Source: the human T2T-CHM13v2.0 reference genome, Homo sapiens
Assembly: GCF_009914755.1 (NCBI RefSeq)
Contig: NC_060926.1
Length of the DNA stretch: 64,000 nucleotides
Strand: one strand, 5' to 3'
This document shows positions 53,501 through 64,000 of this stretch, piece by piece. Within the stretch, counting starts at the first letter, position 1, and each line of letters opens with the position of its first letter. The notes beneath the pieces were generated by a model. That model was given only the letters and a program-made list of their open reading frames with translations, was not told the origin of the DNA and did no database searches. A program made the position numbers and the translations under genes.

Positions 53501-54170
53501 CCAGAAACTTCTTTGTGATGTTTGCATTCAAGTCACAGAGTTGAACATTCCCTTTCATAGAGCAGGTTTGAAACACTCTTTTTGTAGTATCTGGATGTGG
53601 ACTTTTGCAGCGCTTTCAGGCCTAAGGTGAAAAAGGAAATATCTTCCCCTGAAAACTAGACAGAAGCATTCTCAGAAACTTATTTGTGATGTGCGCCCTC
53701 AACTAACAGTGTTGAAGCTTTCTTTTGATAGAGCAGTTTTGAAACACTCTTTTTGTAATATCTGCAAGAGGATATTTGGATAGCTTTGAGGATTTCGTTG
53801 GAAACGGGATTGTCTTCATATAAACTCTAGACAGAAGCATTCTCAGAAGCTTCATTGGGATGTTTCAATTGAAGTCACAGTGTTGAACAGTTCCTTTCAT
53901 AGAACAGGTTTGAAACACTCTTTTTGTAGTATCTGGAAGTGGACATTTGGAGCGCTCTCAGGACTATGGTGAAAAAGGAAATATCTTCCAATAAAAGCTA
54001 CATAGAAGCAATGTGAGAAACTTTTTCATGATGTATCTACTCAGCTAACAGAGTTGAACCTTTCCTTTGAGAGAGCAGTTTTGAAACACTCTTTTTGTGG
54101 AATCTGCAAGTGGATATTTTTCTAGCTTTGAGGATTTCGTTGGAAACGGGATTACATATAAAAAGCAGAC
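47600..54170 (+). repeat. About 3 tandem copies of a 2039-bp 12-mer (3 HORs)
   Basis: ORFs at 48658/50697/52736 and 49337/51376/53415, with shared SNVs at a 2039-bp period. Confidence 0.9.
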
Positions 54171-54175
54171 AGCAG

Positions 54176-54513
54176 CATTCCAGGTAACTTCTTTGTGATG
54201 TTTGCATTCAAGTCACAGAATTGAACATTCCCTTTCATAGAGCAGGTTTGAAACACTCTGTTTGTAGTATCTGGATGTGGACATTTGGAGCGCTTTCAGG
54301 CCTATGGTGAAAAAGGAAATATCTTCCCCTGAAAACTAGACAGAAGCATTCTCAGAAACTTATTTGTGATGTGCGCCCTCAACTAACAGTGTTGAACCTT
54401 TCTTTTGATAGAGCAGTTTTGAAACACTCTTTTTGTAATATCTGCAAGAGGATATTTGGATAGCTTTGAGGATTTCGTTGGAAACGGGATTACATATAAA
54501 AAGCAGACAGCAG
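54176..54513 (+). repeat. 2-mer variant m1-m2/4 with the junction at the CENP-B box
   Basis: m2 sequence (gtaatatctgcaagagg...ggatagc) runs up to the box, then m4 tacatataaaaagc follows. Confidence 0.9.
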
Positions 54514-55193
54514 CATTCCCAGAATCTTCTTTGTGATGTTTGCATTCAAGTCACAGAGTTGAACATTCCCTTTCAGAGAGCAGGTTTGAAACACTCTTTT
54601 TATAGTATCTGGATGTGGACATTTGGAGCGCTTTCAGGCCTATGGTGAAAAAGGAAATATCTTCTCCTGAAAACTAGACAGAAGCATTCTCAGAATCTTA
54701 TTTGTGATGTGCGCCCTCAACTAACAGTGTTGAAGCTTTCTTTTGATATAGCAGTTTTGAAACACTCTTTTCGTAAAATCTGCAAGAGGATATTTTGATA
54801 GCTTTGAGGATTTCGTTGGAAACGGGATTGTCTTCATATAAACTCTAGACAGAAGCATTCTCAGAAGCTTCATTGGGATGTTTCAATTGAAGTCACAGTG
54901 TTGAACAGTCCCTTTCATAGAGCAGGTTTGAAACACTCTTTTTGTAGTATCTGGAAGTGGACATTTGGAGAGATCTCAGGAATACGGTGATAAAGGAAAT
55001 ATCTTCCAATAAAAGCTAGATAGAAGCAATGTCAGAAACTTTTTCATGATGTATCTACTCAGCTAACAGAGTTGAACCTTTCTTTTGAGAGAACAGTTTT
55101 GAAACACTCTTTTTGTGGAATCTGCAAGTGGATATTTGTCTAGCTTTGAGGATTTCGTTGGAAACGGGATTACATAGAAAAAGCAGACAGCAG

Positions 55194-55873
55194 CATTCCC
55201 AGTAACTTCTTTGTGATGTTTGCATTCAAGTCACAGAGTTGAACATTCCCTTTCATAGAGCAGGTTTGAAACACTCTTTTTGTAGTATCTGGATGTGGAC
55301 ATTTGGAGCGCTTTCAGGTCTATGGTGAAAAAGGAAATATCTTCCCCTGAAAACTAGACAGAAGAATTCTCAGAATCTTATTTGTGATGTGCGCCCTCAA
55401 CTAACAGTGTTGAAGCTTTCTTTTGATAGAGCAGTTTTGAAACACTCTTTTCGTAAAATCTGCAAGAGGATATTTGGATAGCTTTGAGGATTTCGTTGGA
55501 AACGGGATTGTCTTCATATAAACTCTAGACAGAAGCATTCTCAGAAGCGTCATTGGGATGTTTCAATTGAAGTCACAGTGTTGAACAGTCCCTTTCATAG
55601 AGCAGGTTTGAAACACTCTTTTTGTAGTATCTGGATGTGGACATTTGGAGCGCTTTCAGGCCTATGGTTTAAAAGGAAATATCTTCCCCTGAAAACTAGA
55701 CAGAAGCATTCTCAGAAACTTATTTGTGATGTGCGCCCTCAACTAACAGTGTTGAAGCATTCTTTTGATAGAGCAGTTTTGAAACACTCTTTTTGTGGAA
55801 TCTGCAAGTGGATATTTGTGTAGCTTTGAGGATTTCGTTGGAAACGGGATTACATATAAAAAGCAGACTGCAG
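55194..55873 (+). repeat. Variant tetramer m1-m2-m3/1-m2/4
   Basis: Hybrid junctions and ggtttaaaagg at 55668. Confidence 0.88.
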
Positions 55874-57232
55874 CATTCCCAGAAACTTCTTTGTGATGTT
55901 TGCATTCAAGTCACAGAGTTGAACATTCCCTTTCATAGAGCAGGTTTGAAACACTCTTTTTGTAGTATCTGGATGTGGACATGTGGAGCGCTTTCAGGCC
56001 TATGGTGAAAAAGGAAATATCTTCCCCTGAAAACTAGACAGAAGCATTCTCAGAATCTTATTTGTGATGTGCGCCCTCAACTAACAGTGTTGAAGCTTTC
56101 TTTTGATAGAGCAGTTTTGAAACACTCTTTTTGTAAAATCTGCAAGAGGATATTTGGATAGCTTTGAGGATTTCGTTGGAAACGGGATTGTCTTCATATA
56201 AACTGTAGACAGAAGCATTCTCAGAAGCTTCATTGGGATGTTTCAATTGAAGTCACAGTGTTGAACAGTCCCTTTCATAGAGCAGGTTTGAAACACTCTT
56301 TTTGTAGTATCTGGAAGTGGACATTTGGAGCGCTCTCAGGACTGCGGTGAAAAAGGAAATATCTTCCAATAAAAGCTAGATAGAAGCAATGTCAGAAACT
56401 TTTTCATGATGTATCTACTCAGCTAACAGAGTTGAACCTTCCTTTGAGAGAGCAGTTTTGAAACACTCTTTTTGTGGAATCTGCAAGTGGATATTTGTCT
56501 AGCTTTGAGGATTTCGTTGGAAACGGGATTACATATAAAAAGCAGACAGCAGCATTCCCAGAAACTTCTTTGTGATGTTTGCATTCAAGTCACAGAGTTG
56601 AACATTCTCTTTCATAGAGCAGGTTTGAAACACTCTTTTTGTAGTATCTGGATGTGGACATTTGCAGCGCTTTCAGGCCTAAGGTGAAAAAGGAAATATC
56701 TTCCCCTGAAAACTAGACAGAAGCATTCTCAGAAACTTATTTGTGATGTGCGCCCTCAACTAACAGTGTTGAAGCTTTCTTTTGATAGAGCAGTTTTGAA
56801 ACACTCTTTTTGGAATATCTGCAAGAGGGTAATTGGATAGCTTTGAGGATTTCGTTGGAAACGGGATTGTCTTCATATAAACTCTAGACAGAAGCATTCT
56901 CAGAAGCTTCATTGGGATGTTTCAATTGAAGTCACAGTGCTGAACAGTTCCTTTCATAGAACAGGTTTGAAACACTCTTTTTGTAGTATCTGGAAGTGGA
57001 CATTTGGAGCGCTCTCAGGACTATGGTGAAAAAGGAAATATCTTCCAATAAAAGCTACATAGAAGCAATGTCAGAAACTTTTTCATGATGTATCTACTCA
57101 GCTAACAGAGTTGAACCTTTCCTTTGAGAGAGCAGTTTTGAAACACTCTTTTTGTGGAATCTGCAAGTGGATATTTGTCTAGCTTTGAGGATTTCGTTGG
57201 AAACGGGATTACATATAAAAAGCAGACAGCAG

Positions 57233-57911
57233 CATTCCCAGTAACTTCTTTGTGGTGTTTGCATTCAAGTCACAGAGTTGAACATTCCCTTTCATAGAGC
57301 AGGTTTGAAACACTCTTTTTGTAGTATCTGGATGTGGACATTTGGAGCGCTTTCAGGCCTATGGTGAAAAAGGAAATATCTTCCCCTGAAAACTAGACAG
57401 AAGCATTCTCAGAATCTTATTTGTGATGTGCGCCCTCAACTAACAGTGTTGAAGCTTTCTTTTGATAGAGCAGTTTTGAAACACTCTTTTTGTAAAATCT
57501 GCAAGAGGATATTTGGATAGCTTTGAGGATTTCGTTGGAAACGGGATTGTCTTCATATAAACTCTAGACAGAAGCATTCTCAGAAGCATCATGGGGATGT
57601 TTCAATTGAAGTCACAATGTTGAACAGTCCCTTTCATAGAGCAGGTTTGAAACACTCTTTTTGTAGTATCTGGATGTGGACATTTGAGCGCTTTCAGGCC
57701 TATGGTTTAAAAGGAAATATCTTCCCCTGAAAACTAGACAGAAGCATTCTCAGAAACTTATTTGTGATGTGCGCCCTCAACTAACAGTGTTGAAGCATTC
57801 TTTTGATAGAGCAGTTTTGAAACACTCTTTTTGTGGAATCTGCAAGTGGATATTTGTCTAGCTTTGAGGATTTCGTTGGAAACGGGATTACATATAAAAA
57901 GCAGACAGCAG
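57233..57911 (+). repeat. Variant tetramer m1-m2-m3/1-m2/4
   Basis: Hybrid junctions and ggtttaaaagg at 57706, plus a 1-bp deletion (catttgagcg). Confidence 0.88.
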
Positions 57912-59949
57912 CATTCCCAGAAACTTCTTTGTGATGTTTGCATTCAAGTCACAGAGTTGAACATTCCCTTTTATAGAGCAGGTTTGAAACACTCTTTTTG
58001 TAGTATCTGGATGTGGACATTTGGAGCGCTTTCAGGCCTATGGTGAAAAAGGAAATATCTTCCCCTGAAAACTAGACAGAAGCATTCTCAGAAACTTATT
58101 TGTGATGTGCGCCCTCAACTAACAGTGTTGAACCTTTCTTTTGATAGAGCAGATTTGAAACACTCTTTTTGTAATATCTGCAAGAGGATATTTGGATAGC
58201 TTTGAGGATTTCTTTGGAAACGGGATTGTCTTCATATAAACTCTAGACAGAAGCATTCTCAGAAGCTTCATTGGGATGTTTCAATTGAAGTCACAGTGTT
58301 GAACAGTCCCTTTCATAGAGCAGGTTTGAAACACTCTTTTTGTAGTATCTGGAAGTGGACATTTGTAGAGATCTCAGGAATACGGTGATAAAGGAAATAT
58401 CTTCCAATAAAAGCTAGATAGAAGCAATGTCAGAAACTTTTTCATGATGTATCTACTCAGCTAACAAAGTTGAACCTTCATTTGAGAGAGCAGTTTTGAA
58501 ACACTCGTTTTGTGGAATCTGCAAGTGGATATTTGTCTAGCTTTGAGGATTTCGTTGGAAACGGGATTACATATAAAAAGCAGACAGCAGCATTCCCAGA
58601 AACTTCTTTGTGATGTTTGCATTCAAGTCACAGAGTTGAACATTCCCTTTCATAGAGCAGGTTTGAAACACTCTTTTTGTAGTATCTGGATGTGGACATT
58701 TGGAGCGCTTTCAGGCCTATGGTGAAAAAGGAAATATCTTCCCCTGAAAACTAGACAGAAGCATTCTCAGAATCTTATTTGTGATGTGCGCCCTCAACTA
58801 ACAGTGTTGAAGCTTTCTTTTGATAGAGCAGTTTTGAAACACTCTTTTTGTAAAATCTGCAAGAGGATATTTGGATAGCTTTGAGGATTTCGTTGGAAAC
58901 GGGATTGTCTTCATATAAACTGTAGACAGAAGCATTCTCAGAAGCTTCATTGGGATGTTTCAATTGAAGTCACAGTGTTGAACAGTCCCTTTCATAGAGC
59001 AGGTTTGAAACACTCTTTTTGTAGTATCTGGAAGTGGACATTTGGAGCGCTCTCAGGACTACGGTGAAAAAGGAAATATCTTCCAATAAAAGCTAGATAG
59101 AAGCAATGTCAGAAACTTTTTCATGATGTATCTACTCAGCTAACAGAGTTGAACCTTCATTTGAGAGAGCAGTTTTGGAACACTCTTTTTGTGGAATGTG
59201 CAAGTGGATATTTGTCTAGCGTTGAGGATTTCGTTGGAAACGGGATTACATATAAAAAGCAGACAGCAGCATTCCCAGAAACTTCTTTGTGATGTTTGCA
59301 TTCAAGTCACAGAGTTGAACATTCCCTTTCATAGAGCAGGTTTGAAACACTCTTTTTGTAGTATCTGGATGTGGACATTTGGAGCGCTTTCAGGCCTAAG
59401 GTGAAAAAGGAAATATCTTCCCCTGAAAAATAGACAGAAGCATTCTCAGAAACTTATTTGTGATGTGCGCCCTCAACTAGCAGTGTTGAAGCTTTCTTTT
59501 GATAGAGCAGTTTTGAAACACTCTTTTTGTAATATCTGCAAGAGGATATTTGGATAGCTTTGAGGATTTCGTTGGAAACGGGATTGTCTTCATATAAACT
59601 CTAGACAGAAGCATTCTCAGAAGCTTCATTGGGATGTTTCAATTGAAGTCACAGTGTTGAACAGTTCCTTTCATAGAACAGGTTTGAAACACTCTTTTTG
59701 TAGTATCTGGAAGTGGACATTTGGAGCGCTCTCAGGACTATGGTGAAAAAGGAAATATCTTCCAATAAAAGCTACATAGAAGCAATGTCAGAAACTTTTT
59801 CATGATGTATCTACTCAGCTAACAGAGTTGAACCTTTCTTTTGAGAGAACAGTTTTGAAACACTCTTTTTGTGGAATCTGCAAGTGGATATTTGTCTAGC
59901 TTTGAGGATTTCGTTGGAAACGGGATTACATATAAAAAGCAGACAGCAG

Positions 59950-60800
59950 CATTCCCAGAAACTTCTTTGTGATATTTGCATTCAAGTCACAGACTTGAAC
60001 ATTCCCTTTCATAGAGCAGGTTTGAAACACTCTTTTTGTAGTATCTGGATGTGGACATTTGGAGCGCTTTCAGGCCTATGGTGAAAAAGGAAATATCTTC
60101 CCCTGCAAACTAGACAGAAGCATTCTCAGAAACTTATTTGTGATGTGCGCCCTCAACTAACAATGTTGAACCTTTCTGTTGATAGAGTAGTTTTGAAACA
60201 CTCTTTTCGTAAAATCTGCAAGAGGATATTTGGATAGCTTTGAGGATTTCGTTGGAAACGGGATTGTCTTCATATTAACCCTGGACAGTAGCATTCTCAG
60301 AAGGTTCTTTGGGATGTTTCAATTGAAGTCACAGTGTTGAACAGTCACTTTCATAGAGCAGGTTTGAAACACTCTTTTTGTAAAATCCGCAAGAGGATAT
60401 TTGGATAGCTTTGAGGATTTCGTTGGAAACGGGATTGTCTTCATATAGAATCTAGACAGAATCATTCTCAGAAGCTTCATTGGGATGTTTCAATTGAAGT
60501 CACAGTGTTGAACAGTCCCTTTCATAGAGCAGATTTGAAACACTCTTTTTGTAGTATCTGGAAGTGGACATTTGGAGCGTTCTCAGCACTACAGTGAAAA
60601 AGGAAATATCTTCCAATAAAAGCTAGATAGAAGCAATGTCAGAAAATTTTTCATGATGTATCTACTCAGCTAACAGGGTTGAACCTTTCTTTTGAGAGAG
60701 CAGTTTTGAAACACTCTTTTTGTGGAATCTGCAAGTGGATATTTGTCTAGCTTTGAGGATTTCGTTGGAAACGGGATTACATATAAAAAGCAGACAGCAG
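59950..60800 (+). repeat. 5-mer variant m1-m2-m3/2-m3-m4 (851 bp)
   Basis: ORF spacing 59869->60720 = 851. The m3 start at 60292 continues as an m2 end carrying a CENP-B box. Confidence 0.92.
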
Positions 60801-62159
60801 CATTCCCAGAAACTTCTTTGTGATATTTGCATTCAAGTCACAGACTTGAACATTCCCTTCCATAGAGCGGGTTTGAAACACTCTTTTTGTAGTATCTGGA
60901 TGTGGACATTTGGAGCGCTTTCAGGCCTATGGTGAAAAAGGAAATATCTTCCCCTGAAAACTAGACAGTAGCATTCTCAGAAACTTATTTGTGATGTGCG
61001 CCCTCAACTAACAGTGTTAAACCTTTCTTTTGATAGAGTAGTTTTGAAACACACTTTTTGTAAAATCTGCAAGAGGATATTTGGATAGCTTTGAGGATTT
61101 CGTTGGAAACGGGATTGTCTTCATATAAACTGTAGACAGTAGCATTCTCAGAAGCTTCATTGGGATGTTTCAACTGAAGTCACAGTGTTGAACAGTCCCT
61201 TTCATAGAGCAGGTTTGAAACACTCTTTTTGTAGTGTCTGGAAGTGGACATTTGGAGCGCTCTCAGGACTACGGTGAAAAAGGAAATATCTTCCAATAAA
61301 AGCTAGATAGAAGCAATGTCAGAAACTTTTTCATGATGTATCTACTCAGCTAACAGAGTTGAACCTTCATTTGAGAGAGCAGTTTTGGAACACTCTTTTT
61401 GTGGAATGTGCAAGTGGATATTTGTCTAGCTTTGAGGATTTCGTTGGAAACGGGATTACATATAAAAAGCAGACAGCAGCATTCCCAGAAACTTCTTTGT
61501 GATGTTTGCATTCAAGTCACAGAGTTGAACATTCCCTTTCATAGAGCAGGTTTGAAACACTCTTTTTGTAGTATCTGGATGTGGACATTTGCAGCGCTTT
61601 CAGGCCTAAGGTGAAAAAGGAAATATCTTCCCCTGAAAAATAGACAGAAGCATTCTCAGAAACTTATTTGTGATGTGCGCCCTCAACTAGCAGTGTTGAA
61701 GCTTTCTTTCGATAGAGCAGTTTTGAAACACTCTTTTTGTAATATCTGCAAGAGGATATTTGGATAGCTTTGAGGATTTCGTTGGAAACGGGATTGTCTT
61801 CATATAAACTCTAGACAGAAGCATTCTCAGAAGCTTCATTGGGATGTTTCAATTGAAGTCACAGTGTTGAACAGTTCCTTTCATAGAACAGGTTTGAAAC
61901 ACTCTTTTTGTAGTATCTGGAAGTGGACATTTGGAGCGCTCTCAGGACTATGGTGAAAAAGGAAATATCTTCCAATAAAAGCTACATAGAAGCAATGTCA
62001 GAAACTTTTTCATGATGTATCTACTCAGCTAACAGAGTTGAACCTTTCTTTTGAGAGAACAGTTTTGAAACACTCTTTTTGTGGAGTCTGCAAGTGGATA
62101 TTTGTCTAGCTTTGAGGATTTCGTTGGAATCGGGATTACATATAAAAAGCAGACAGCAG

Positions 62160-63351
62160 CATTCCCAGAAACTTCTTTGTGATATTTGCATTCAAGTCAC
62201 AGACTTGAACATTCCCTTTCATAGAGCAGGTTTGAAACACTCTTTTTGTAGTATCTGGATGTGGACATTTGGAGCGCTTTCAGGCCTATGGTGAAAAAGG
62301 AAATATCTTCCCCTGCAAACTAGACAGAAGCATTCTCAGAAACTTATTTGTGATGTGCGCCCTCAACTAACAATGTTGAACCTTTCTGTTGATAGAGTAG
62401 TTTTGAAACACTCTTTTCGTAAAATCTGCAAGAGGATATTTGGATAGCTTTGAGGATTTCGTTGGAAACGGGATTGTCTTCATATTAACCCTAGACAGTA
62501 GCATTCTCAGAAGGTTCTTTGGGATGTTTCAATTGAAGTCACAGTGTTGAACAGTCACTTTCATAGAGCAGGTTTGAAACACTCTTTTTGTAAAATCCGC
62601 AAGAGGATATTTGGATAGCTTTGAGGATTTCGTTGGAAACGGGATTGTCTTCATATAGAATCTAGACAGAATCATTCTCAGAAGCTTCATTGGGATGTTT
62701 CAATTGAAGTCACAGTGTTGAACAGTCCCTTTCATAGAGCAGATTTGAAACACTCTTTTTGTAGTATCTGGATGTGGACATTTGGAGCGCTTTCAGGCCT
62801 ATGGTGAAAAAGGAAATATCTTCCCCTGAAAACTAGACAGAAGCATTCTCAGAATCTTATTTGTGATGTGCGCCCTCAACTAACAGTGTTGAAGCTTTCT
62901 TTTGATAGAGCAGTTTTGAAACACTCTTTTTGTAAAATCTGCAAGAGGATATTTGGATAGCTTTGAGGATTTCGTTGAAAACGGGATTGTCTTCATATAA
63001 ACTCTAGACAGAAGCATTCTCAGAAGCTTCATTGGGATGTTTCAATTAAAGTCACAGTGTTGAACAGTCCCTTTCATAGAGCAGGTTTGAAACACTCTTT
63101 TTGTAGTATCTGGAAGTGGACATTTGGAGCGCTCTCAGGACTGCGGTGAAAAAGGAAATATCTTCCAATAAAAGCTAGATAGAAGCAATGTCAGAAACTT
63201 TTTCATGATGTATCTACTCAGCTAACAGAGTTGAACCTTCATTTGAGAGAGCAGTTTTGAAACACTCGTTTTGTGGAATCTGCAAGTGGATATTTGTCTA
63301 GCTTTGAGGATTTCGTTGGAAACGGGATTACATATAAAAAGCAGACAGCAG
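62160..63351 (+). repeat. 7-mer variant m1-m2-m3/2-m3/1-m2-m3-m4 (1192 bp)
   Basis: ORF spacing 62079->63271 = 1192, with two adjacent hybrid monomers. Confidence 0.9.
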
Positions 63352-64000
63352 CATTCCCAGAAACTTCTTTGTGATGTTTGCATTCAAGTCACAGAGTTGA
63401 ACATTCCCTTTCATAGAGCAGGTTTGAAACACTCTTTTTGTAGTATCTGGATGTGGACATTTGCAGCGCTTTCAGGCCTAAGGTGAAAAAGGAAATATCT
63501 TCCCCTGAAAACTAGACAGAAGCATTCTCAGAAACTTATTTGTGATGTGCGCCCTCAACTAACAGTGTTGAAGCTTTCTTTTGATAGAGCAGTTTTGAAA
63601 CACTCTTTTTGTAATATCTGCAAGAGGATATTTGGATAGCTTTGAGGATTTCGTTGGAAACGGGATTGTCTTCATATAAACTCTAGACAGAAGCATTCTC
63701 AGAAGCTTCATTGGGATGTTTCAATTGAAGTCACAGTGTTGAACAGTTCCTTTCATAGAACAGGTTTGAAACACTCTTTTTGTAGTATCTGGAAGTGGAC
63801 ATTTGGAGCGCTCTCAGGACTAAGGTGAAAAAGGAAATATCTTCCAATAAAAGCTACATAGAAGCAATGTCAGAAACTTTTTCATGATGTATCTACTCAG
63901 CTAACAGAGTTGAACCTTTCCTTTGAGAGAGCAGTTTTGAAACACTCTTTTTGTGGAATCTGCAAGTGGATATTTGTCTAGCTTTGGGGATTTCGTTGGA

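Larger units (their letters stand above)
1..64000 (+). repeat. Alpha-satellite centromeric HOR array, 4-monomer ~680 bp unit, dimeric A/B family (probably SF2, D2Z1/S2C2H1L of human chr2)
   Basis: Continuous ~171-bp monomers with typical alphoid motifs (cattctcagaaact, tttgaaacactctttttgt, ggaaatatcttc). Repeat-derived ORF starts recur every 678-680 bp. CENP-B boxes occur in alternate monomers and TCTAGA occurs about once per unit. Alphoid identity is essentially certain; the chr2 assignment is about 0.7. Confidence 0.98.

Noticed and set aside
3338-62986. CENP-B box variants tttcgtttgaaac, tttcgatggaaac, tttcggtggaaacggga, ggaatcggga and gttgaaaacggga as loss of function
   Set aside because: These changes fall outside the nine core positions nTTCGnnnnAnnCGGGn, so they were not counted as broken.
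1260-63486. Dozens of 60-81 aa ORFs (MWNLQVDICLALRISLETGLHIK... and reverse-strand MQTSQR...)
   Set aside because: They are chance stop-free frames of the satellite, mostly with TTG/GTG starts. They are switched on and off by single SNVs such as cccagaaac/cccagtaac and show no gene structure. Database hits to such peptides would be mis-annotated alphoid DNA.
1-64000. CRISPR-like array of regularly spaced conserved motifs (gtttgaaacac)
   Set aside because: The intervening sequences are themselves repeated rather than unique spacers, the period is 171 bp, and there are no cas genes.
1-64000. L1/Alu insertion, non-alphoid island or inversion
   Set aside because: No poly-A tail, target-site duplication or strand switch was seen. 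Every phase shift is explained by whole monomers (338, 509, 851, 1192) or 1-2 bp indels.
1-64000. Claim that this window is the kinetochore site (CENP-A domain / centromere dip region)
   Set aside because: This is epigenetically defined and cannot be read from sequence. It needs methylation or CENP-A data.
1-64000. A previously undescribed gene-encoded biological system
   Set aside because: No coding or structured-RNA evidence was found. HOR structural variants and haplotype layers are known classes of phenomena, and only the particular instances here may be undescribed.

Overview
The whole 64 kb is primate, most likely human, centromeric alpha-satellite in one orientation. I saw no genes, transposon insertions or inversions. 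It is a homogeneous higher-order repeat (HOR) of four monomers, about 680 bp (171+171+171+167; my own labels m1-m4, reference copy 661-1340). pJalpha-type monomers (m1, m3) alternate with CENP-B-box monomers (m2, m4). A 680-bp dimer-based 4-mer with about one XbaI site per unit best fits the chromosome 2 live array D2Z1 (S2C2H1L); this is inferred from memory, not searched. All listed ORFs are artefacts of the repeat, but their spacing works as a ruler for unit length. I found no new gene-encoded system. The interest lies in the array architecture: hybrid monomers giving 2-, 3-, 5- and 7-mer variants, a length-silent variant tetramer, nested 12/13/14/20-mer duplications, a ~11-13 kb macro-repeat, a left/middle/right haplotype sandwich, and patchy CENP-B box decay. 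Alignments were done by eye, so block boundaries are approximate (about +/-100-300 bp).
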